This document shows, piece after piece, positions 7,807 through 14,173 of a stretch of DNA of 14,173 bases. The DNA is taken from NCBI GenBank assembly GCA_046296715.1, contig JBKBIN010000037.1, positions 1 through 14,173 on the forward strand, written 5' to 3'. The stretch comes from Candidatus Ratteibacteria bacterium. GTDB lineage: Bacteria > Ratteibacteria > UBA8468 > B48-G9 > JAFGKM01. How positions within the stretch are numbered: the first letter of the stretch is position 1; each line of letters begins with the position of its first letter. The notes under the pieces were generated by a model. The model had not been told where the DNA came from. It did no database searches and was given only the letters and a program-made list of their open reading frames with translations. Position numbers and translations under genes: made by a program.

Positions 7807-7882
7807 TCCGTTATAATTCCATATTGATTCATATATTGCAATTATATTTTTCTTAGGAAACGTCTGGTTGAATTTTACAAAA

Positions 7883-7912
7883 TTGACAGAAATAAAAAAT
7901 TTATCTTAAACT
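7883..7912 (+). promoter_or_regulatory. Candidate sigma70-type promoter for the glycoside hydrolase gene
   Basis: TTGACA (7883-7888), 18-nt spacer, TAAACT (7907-7912) in the intergenic gap. The AT-rich background lowers specificity. Confidence 0.4.
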
Positions 7913-8074
7913 TTTCATAATGAACAGAATTTTTTTTTAAAGTTGAAGAACTTGTTAATGGTTTGGGATAGAACAGGATTCGTTTTGAAATTCCAAAAAG
8001 AGAAAGTAAAGAAGTTTTTAGTTACGATGAAAACCTATCTAAGAAAATATATCTTTGCTTTGACAGCAATTGAA

Positions 8075-10462
8075 ATGAATAGAATAATTTTAGGGATTTT
8101 AATATCTTTCTTAATTGGAATGAAAGGGTTGCTCTACTGCGAAGTTGATATAGAAATGTTTGAATATAAAGATATTTTAGAGGCAAGAAAAAACTGGATT
8201 CCTTGTGAAAAAAGTAGAGAGATAGAATTGAAAAAGGAAAAGGGGAGAAAACTAATAAAATTTATATTAAATTTCCCAGAAGTAGAAGATAGATGTTACT
8301 GGGATAAATTTGTTTGTCTTGATTTGAGTAATTTTGAGAAGTTTATAATTGAGATGAAATCTGAAAAACCTTCTTTGACAACAAACTGCACAATATATTT
8401 TGAAAGTCCTGGTGGTTGGTATAGATATCCCTTTTCAATAGATAAAGATGGCTGGGAAAAAATAATTATTCCAAAATCAAAGTTTAAAATTGAAGGGAAT
8501 CCTTCTGGGTGGAATAATATAAAAAGAATAAGGATTTCTTTCTGGAAAACAAATTCTGAACAAACAAATGTATATTTTAGAAGTTTAAAAGGGATTATTT
8601 CAGATTCAGAAATTGGCATTGTTTTCTGTGATACTGCAATTAAAAAAGGACAATATAGGCCAGATGATATAAATAGATATTTTTCTGATATGGCTGATAT
8701 TTTTGAGAAGATCGGAATAGAATATAAAACATTAAATCAGAGCAAGATAGACAACAAATTAAAAATTCTGATTTTTCCTTACAATCCAGTAATTACAGAT
8801 GAAGAGATAGAGAAAATTAAAATATTTGTTGAAAAAGGTGGGAAGATAATTTTTTTTTATTCAGCAAATCCTGAAATTTATAAAATTTTGGGTATAGAAA
8901 ATGCAATTTATAGAAAGGAAAGTTATTTAGGAGAATTTGATAGTATAGAGTTTGATAGAAATATAATTGATGGACTTCCTGAAAAAATCAAACAATCTTC
9001 TTGGAATGCTATGATACCCGAAAAAATAAGTGAAAATTCAAAAATTGTTGGATACTGGATTGATTCTGAAGGGAAATCAACTACTTTACCTTCTGCAGTT
9101 ATATCTAATAATGGATTTTATTTCTCCCATGTTTTGTTAAATAAGTATGAAGGTCAACAGATGATGGTTTCTCTTATTTTATATTTTTTACCAGAAAAGA
9201 GACAAGAAATATTTTCTTCAATAATTAAGAATACAGGAAAACTATCAGGTTTTCAGGATTTAGGAGAGACAAAAAGATTTATTGAAAAAAGATTGAAAGA
9301 TTTGCCGGATAGAAAAGCAAAAGAAGTAAAGAATTTTTTGAATCTTGCAATGAAAATTTATAAAGAAATCAAAGTTAATTACAATATTGAAGATTTATTC
9401 AAAATGAAAAAGGAACTTGAAGAAAATTTAAAAAAAGCATATTTTAGTTCTTTCAAAGGTAAAGAAAATGAGTTTAGGGCTGTTTGGTGTCATTCTCCTT
9501 TTGGAATTGGTGGAATTTCGTGGGAAGAAAGTATTAAAAAACTTAAAGAAAATAATTTTAATGCTATATTTGTTAATATGGCGAGAGCAGGTATTGCATA
9601 TTATAATAGTGAAATTTTACCAGTTACTCAAGAAATTAAAATAAAAGGAGATCAGATAGAACAATGTCTTTCTGCTTGTAAAAAATATAATGTTGAATGT
9701 CATATATGGAAAGTGAACTGGAATCTTTTTAATGCACCTATTGAATTTATTGAGAAATTGAGGCAGGAAAAAAGGTTACAGGTAAATAATGAAGGGAAGG
9801 AAGTTTTATGGTTATGTCCTTCAAATCCACTTAATTTTCAACTTGAGTTTGAATCAATGATTGAAATTGTTAAAAAATATGATGTCGATGGAATACACTT
9901 TGATTATATAAGATATCCTGATTCAAATTCTTGCTATTGTGAAGATTGTAAAAAAAGATTTGAAGAAAAATATAATGTTAAAATTGAAAAATGGCCAGAA
10001 GATGTAATAAAAGGGAATTATAAAGAAATTTATAAAATATGGAGACAGGAACTAATAACAAAACTCGTAGAGACAGTTAGCAAAGAAGCAAAAAAAATAA
10101 AACCTAATATAAAAATTTCAGCAGCAGTATTTCCAGATTATTCTGATTGTAAAGAAAAAGTTGGACAGGACTGGAAATTGTGGATTGAAAATGGATATCT
10201 TGACTTTGTTTGCCCTATGAATTATACAGATTCAAATTCAAAATTCAAAAATTATTTAATAAGACAGAAAGAAATAATAAAAAAGAAAATTCCTTTTTAT
10301 CCTGGAATTGGTGCTTATATTTTATCTCCTGAGGATGTTTTAAGGCAGATTGAAATATGTAGAGAACTTAAAACAGAAGGTTTTATCTTATTTGATTATA
10401 ATTTTCATCTTTTCAGAAACTTAGATTACTTTGGGATTGGCATAACAGGAAAAGATAAATAA
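8075..10462 (+). CDS. Probably secreted multidomain glycoside hydrolase-like protein with C-terminal GHL10 (YddW/DigH-like) TIM barrel; start uncertain
   Basis: MNRIILGILISFLIGMKGLLYC resembles a signal peptide. C-terminal motifs FRAVW, FNAIFV, ECHIW, WLCPSNP, IVKKYDVDGIHFDYIRYP, WRQELIT, KPNIKISAAVF, GQDWKLWIENGYLDFVCPMNY. The frame is open from 7910 and no clear SD was found, so the start is not certain. Confidence 0.75.
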   Translation: MNRIILGILISFLIGMKGLLYCEVDIEMFEYKDILEARKNWIPCEKSREIELKKEKGRKLIKFILNFPEVEDRCYWDKFVCLDLSNFEKFIIEMKSEKPSLTTNCTIYFESPGGWYRYPFSIDKDGWEKIIIPKSKFKIEGNPSGWNNIKRIRISFWKTNSEQTNVYFRSLKGIISDSEIGIVFCDTAIKKGQYRPDDINRYFSDMADIFEKIGIEYKTLNQSKIDNKLKILIFPYNPVITDEEIEKIKIFVEKGGKIIFFYSANPEIYKILGIENAIYRKESYLGEFDSIEFDRNIIDGLPEKIKQSSWNAMIPEKISENSKIVGYWIDSEGKSTTLPSAVISNNGFYFSHVLLNKYEGQQMMVSLILYFLPEKRQEIFSSIIKNTGKLSGFQDLGETKRFIEKRLKDLPDRKAKEVKNFLNLAMKIYKEIKVNYNIEDLFKMKKELEENLKKAYFSSFKGKENEFRAVWCHSPFGIGGISWEESIKKLKENNFNAIFVNMARAGIAYYNSEILPVTQEIKIKGDQIEQCLSACKKYNVECHIWKVNWNLFNAPIEFIEKLRQEKRLQVNNEGKEVLWLCPSNPLNFQLEFESMIEIVKKYDVDGIHFDYIRYPDSNSCYCEDCKKRFEEKYNVKIEKWPEDVIKGNYKEIYKIWRQELITKLVETVSKEAKKIKPNIKISAAVFPDYSDCKEKVGQDWKLWIENGYLDFVCPMNYTDSNSKFKNYLIRQKEIIKKKIPFYPGIGAYILSPEDVLRQIEICRELKTEGFILFDYNFHLFRNLDYFGIGITGKDK

Positions 10463-10527
10463 AGAAAACTTAAACTCTTGGCATGACAAAAAGAAATAGC
10501 AAGTCGAAAAGATAAATTTAATAAAAA

Positions 10528-10556
10528 TTGTTAAATGAATGTCTTAATTATATAAT
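10528..10556 (+). promoter_or_regulatory. Sigma70-type promoter upstream of flavodoxin-hypF
   Basis: TTGTTA (10528-10533), 17-nt spacer, perfect TATAAT (10551-10556). AAGGTGG SD precedes ATG 10578. Confidence 0.55.
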
Positions 10557-10577
10557 TGAATAAACAAAAGGTGGAAG

Positions 10578-11024
10578 ATGAAAAAAGTATTGGTTGTTTA
10601 TTATACTCTTGGAGGTAATACAGAAAAAGCAGCAGAATTTATAAAAAAAGGAATTGAAAGTGAAGGTGTAGAAGTTGTGATGAAAAAAGGGGTAGATGCA
10701 ACTTGCGAAGACCTTTTAAATTGCGATGGGCTTGTAATTGGTTCACCTGATTATTTTAGTTATATGGCTGGAGGGCTTAAAGATTTTTTTGATAGAACAT
10801 ATTATCCATCAAAAGGTAAAGTTGAAGGTAAACCATATTTTGCTTTTTTAACTCATGGAGGTGGTGGTAAGGCAATTGAAAGTATTGAAAAGATTGCAGC
10901 AACTTTTAAATTTAAGAAAGTAATTGAACCAATACTTATAAAAAATGCACCATCAAAAAAAGATGGTGAAAAATTATTTGAGGCAGGGAAAGAATTTGCA
11001 AGAAAAATAAAGGATGAGTTTTAA
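10578..11024 (+). CDS. Flavodoxin-fold FMN protein (WrbA/flavodoxin family, 148 aa)
   Basis: VLVVYYTLGGNTEKAAE phosphate-binding loop, DGLVIGSPDY, LKDFFDR, GKPYFAFLTHGGGG. Confidence 0.85.
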   Translation: MKKVLVVYYTLGGNTEKAAEFIKKGIESEGVEVVMKKGVDATCEDLLNCDGLVIGSPDYFSYMAGGLKDFFDRTYYPSKGKVEGKPYFAFLTHGGGGKAIESIEKIAATFKFKKVIEPILIKNAPSKKDGEKLFEAGKEFARKIKDEF

Positions 11025-13302
11025 AAAAAGATTTAAGATTTTAATAAAAGGAAAGGTTCAAGGAGTTGGATTTAGACCTACTATTTATAGATATGCGAAA
11101 GAATTTGGTTTAACTGGTTTTGTTTGTAATACTGGAAGTGGTGTTTTCATAGAGATTGAAGGAGAAAAAGAGAAGATTAAAAGTTTTTTAAATAAGATAA
11201 GAAATCAGCCACCACCAAAAGCAGAAATTAAAGAAATTAAGATTGAAGAATTAAAAGTTAAAGAGGATAAAGAGTTTAATATAATTGAAAGTAAAGAAGA
11301 AGGGAAAGAAGTAGAAATCTCACCTGATATTGCAACCTGTAAAAAATGTCTTAAAGAACTTTTCAATCCAGATAATAGAAGATATCTATTTCCATTTATT
11401 AACTGCACTGATTGTGGTCCAAGATTTACAATTATAAAAAAAATCCCATATGATAGAAAAAATACAACAATGAATGAATTTATTATGTGTGAACAATGTA
11501 GAAGAGAATATGAAGATATTTTTTCAAGAAGATTTCATGCTCAACCGAACTGCTGTTTTGAATGTGGACCTGAAATAAAATTGATTGATATAAGTGGAAG
11601 GGAGGTTGTAAAAAATATTGAGAGTATAAAAGAAACTGCAAAATTTTTAGAAAATGGGAAGATTGTCGCTATTAAAGGTATTGGAGGATATCATATTGCC
11701 TGTGATGCTACAAATCAAAAGGTTGTTAAATTATTAAGAGATAGAAAGAAAAGGTATAGTAAACCTTTTGCATTGATGGCAAGAGATATTGAAACTATCA
11801 GAAGATTCTCCTTTCTAAACAAACAAGAAGAAAAAATATTAAAATCATGGCAAGGACCAATAGTCCTTCTTAAAAAGAAAAACAATTTATTACCAGAAGA
11901 GATTGCACCTATAAATAATTATCTTGGTTTTTTCCTTCCTTATACACCTATTCATCATCTTATATTTCATTTTAATAAAAATTTAAATGTCCTTGTAATG
12001 ACAAGTGGAAATTTTTCTGAAGAACCAATAATTTATGATGACAAAGAGGCTTTTAATAGATTAAAGGATATATGCGATTTTATATTAACCCATAATAGAA
12101 AAATTTATATTAACTGCGATGACTCTGTTTTAAGAGTTTTGAATAAGAAGATTTATTTTATAAGAAGGTCAAGGGGTTTTGTTCCATCTCCTATTGAAAT
12201 ACCTTATAATTCTAAAAAAAATATCTTTTCAGCAGGTGCAGATTTAAAAAATACATTTTCATTTACAAAAAATAATCAAGTTTTTTTAAGTCAACATATA
12301 GGAGACCTTGAAAATTTCCTTTCTATTGAATCATATAAAAAATCAATAGATCTTTTCAAAAATATACTTAAAATAGAGCCAGAAATAATTGTTTGTGATA
12401 TGCATCCAGGTTATTTTTCAAGCAAAATAGCAAAAGAAATATTTTCTAATAAAAAAATTATTGAAATTCAGCATCACTATTCTCATATAATCTCTTGTAT
12501 GGCAGATAATTTTTTAAGAAATCAAAAAGTAATTGGAGTATCTTTTGACGGGACTGGTTATGGAATAGATGGTAATATCTGGGGTGGAGAATTTTTAATA
12601 TGTGATTATGAAGGTTTTGAAAGGGCAGGACATTTAAAATATTTTCCACTTCAGGGAGGTGATATATCAATTAAAGAGGTCTGGAGAATAGGTGCAGTTT
12701 ATTTATACAAAATTTTTGGAGATGATTTTTACAATCTTAAAATTGATTTTGTTAATAAAATTGAAATAAAAAAATGGGAAATTATAAAAAAGGCAATTGA
12801 AAACAATATAAATATTTATTCGAATTCAAGTATTGGAAGATTATTTGATGCAATTAGTGCAATTTTAAATATTAGGGATGTTATTGATTATGAAGGACAG
12901 GCAGCAATAGAACTTGAAATGAAAGCAAAAAAAGATAAAAGAGTTGGAAAATTCTCTTATGAAATTAAAAAAGAAAATAATACATATATAATTGACCATG
13001 AAAATATAATAAAAGGTGTTGTAGAAGATCTAAGAAAGAAAAAAGAAATTGGGGAGATTTCATATAGATTTCATATAACAATTTCTCAGATTATTAAAGA
13101 TATGTGTAAAATTTTAAGGGAAGAGAAAGGTATAAACAAAGTTGCATTATCTGGAGGGGTATTCCAAAATATGATTCTTTTAAATGAAACAATAAATATA
13201 TTAAAGAAAGAAAAATTTGAAGTATTAATTCATCAAAAAGTCCCAGCAAATGATGGAGGTATTTCTCTTGGACAGGCAATTTATGGTGTATTTAAATCCT
13301 GA
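11014..13302 (+). CDS. hypF: [NiFe]-hydrogenase maturation carbamoyltransferase HypF
   Basis: GKVQGVGFRP acylphosphatase domain; zinc fingers CKKC...FINCTDCGPRF and CEQC...RRFHAQPNCCFECGP; AIKGIGGYHIACDA; VMTSGN; SQHIGDL; CDMHP; QHHYSH; FDGTGYG; SSIGRLFDA; LSGGVFQN; PANDGGISLGQA. Confidence 0.97.
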   Translation: MSFKKRFKILIKGKVQGVGFRPTIYRYAKEFGLTGFVCNTGSGVFIEIEGEKEKIKSFLNKIRNQPPPKAEIKEIKIEELKVKEDKEFNIIESKEEGKEVEISPDIATCKKCLKELFNPDNRRYLFPFINCTDCGPRFTIIKKIPYDRKNTTMNEFIMCEQCRREYEDIFSRRFHAQPNCCFECGPEIKLIDISGREVVKNIESIKETAKFLENGKIVAIKGIGGYHIACDATNQKVVKLLRDRKKRYSKPFALMARDIETIRRFSFLNKQEEKILKSWQGPIVLLKKKNNLLPEEIAPINNYLGFFLPYTPIHHLIFHFNKNLNVLVMTSGNFSEEPIIYDDKEAFNRLKDICDFILTHNRKIYINCDDSVLRVLNKKIYFIRRSRGFVPSPIEIPYNSKKNIFSAGADLKNTFSFTKNNQVFLSQHIGDLENFLSIESYKKSIDLFKNILKIEPEIIVCDMHPGYFSSKIAKEIFSNKKIIEIQHHYSHIISCMADNFLRNQKVIGVSFDGTGYGIDGNIWGGEFLICDYEGFERAGHLKYFPLQGGDISIKEVWRIGAVYLYKIFGDDFYNLKIDFVNKIEIKKWEIIKKAIENNINIYSNSSIGRLFDAISAILNIRDVIDYEGQAAIELEMKAKKDKRVGKFSYEIKKENNTYIIDHENIIKGVVEDLRKKKEIGEISYRFHITISQIIKDMCKILREEKGINKVALSGGVFQNMILLNETINILKKEKFEVLIHQKVPANDGGISLGQAIYGVFKS

Positions 13303-14173
13303 TTTTCATTTTCAATATTTTTAAGATTTTGCTTAGCAGGTTTAAAATTTGGGTCTTTTCTTAAAATCTCTTTCCAAATACTTTTTGCTTTTTCCTTTTG
13401 TCCAATCATAGCATAACAAAAAGCAAGGTCATTAAGTGTTTCAAGAGAATCCGGTTTTAAATTAAGTGATTGTTGATATAAAGGTATCGCATTTGTGTAT
13501 TTACCAATTGTTTTATAAAAAAATGCAAGATTCTGGACATTTTCCCATGTTAATGGATTCAAATTATAGGCAATATTTAAATGTTTTTCTGCAAGTTCTT
13601 TATTCCCTATATGAAAATACCCTATACCTAATAGAAGATGAGAAAAATCGTCATTTGGATCTAATGAAATTGTAATTTTAAAAAATTCTATACTTTTTTT
13701 ATAATCCCCTATATCATGAAAAATTCTTCCTGTTAGAAAATATGCCTGTCTATATGTGGGGTTTTTATCTATGCAGATTTTTAAGATATTAAGGATTTCT
13801 GAGATATCTTTTTTCTTTTCATTATAATATATTGTTGCTAAAGAACAGAGTGCATATGGGTCGTAAGGTTCAAGTTTAAGGATCTTTTTATAAAATTCTA
13901 TTGCAAGGTCTGTTTTTTTTAAATTTGCATAGCATCCAGCAATCGCATTATAAATTTTTTTCTTGTTTTTATAATATGGTTCTGTTTTCAAAAATATTTT
14001 CAGTGCCTTTTCATAATCCTTATTTTTGTAATGAAAAACTCCAATATTATAATAAATTTTCTCATTTCCAAAACCCCATTTCAATGTCTTTTCATAAAAT
14101 TTAATTTCATTATTCCAGTCATAGTTTCTCAAAATTGTTCTTGTTCCATATAGTAGAAATATTAAAATTGTCA
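13281..14173 (-). CDS. 5'-truncated membrane-anchored tetratricopeptide-repeat protein (TMTC-like C-terminus)
   Basis: The frame stays open beyond the track start (14132) to the window edge, reading TILIFLLYGTRTILRNYDWNNEIKFYEKTL: a hydrophobic helix end, an RNxxW motif, then tandem TPRs (YYNIGVFHY, YNAIAGCY, AYFLTGRIF, NLAFFY, LNDLAFCY). Confidence 0.8.
   Translation of the reverse strand, partial: TILIFLLYGTRTILRNYDWNNEIKFYEKTLKWGFGNEKIYYNIGVFHYKNKDYEKALKIFLKTEPYYKNKKKIYNAIAGCYANLKKTDLAIEFYKKILKLEPYDPYALCSLATIYYNEKKKDISEILNILKICIDKNPTYRQAYFLTGRIFHDIGDYKKSIEFFKITISLDPNDDFSHLLLGIGYFHIGNKELAEKHLNIAYNLNPLTWENVQNLAFFYKTIGKYTNAIPLYQQSLNLKPDSLETLNDLAFCYAMIGQKEKAKSIWKEILRKDPNFKPAKQNLKNIENENQDLNTP

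Noticed and set aside
7807..7882. Terminator or operator after the operon (attgcaat palindrome at 7835-7842)
   Set aside because: There is no GC-rich stem followed by a U tract, and a short AT-rich palindrome is expected by chance.
7807..8074. Cobalamin riboswitch in the intergenic region
   Set aside because: No B12-box or conserved riboswitch stems were recognised. The operon's 5' leader, where one would be expected, is outside the window.
10463..10527. Terminator or small RNA after the hydrolase gene
   Set aside because: Only a 4-bp cttg/caag pairing was found, with no convincing hairpin or known RNA motif.
647..14104. Short 61-107 aa ORFs (647-835, 3785-3979, 3851-4048, 4180-4470, 4527-4721, 6109-6321, 6120-6308, 7569-7802, 8296-8619, 11205-11408, 12458-12670, 13094-13279, 13466-13675, 13901-14104)
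   Set aside because: All lie antisense to or out of frame within well-supported genes and show no recognisable motifs; they are shadow ORFs.

Overview
AT-rich bacterial window, almost all coding and on the + strand except the last gene. Bases 1-7806 form a tightly packed operon-like cluster whose 5' end lies outside the window. It holds five paralogous genes of the cobalamin/2x[4Fe-4S] reductive-dehalogenase (RdhA)/epoxyqueuosine-reductase (QueG) superfamily, the first being an internally repeated multi-module protein. A U32-family Fe-S protein is embedded among them and an FAD-dependent oxidoreductase closes the cluster. The four complete paralogs lack Tat signals, no RdhB anchor is visible, and canonical QueG motifs are absent, so this looks like an uncharacterised soluble B12/Fe-S redox pathway. 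Downstream are a probably secreted multidomain GHL10-type glycoside hydrolase, a flavodoxin overlapping a lone hypF, and a convergent partial membrane-anchored TPR protein. No RNA genes, CRISPR arrays or mobile elements were seen. All family calls come from motif recognition, not database searches.
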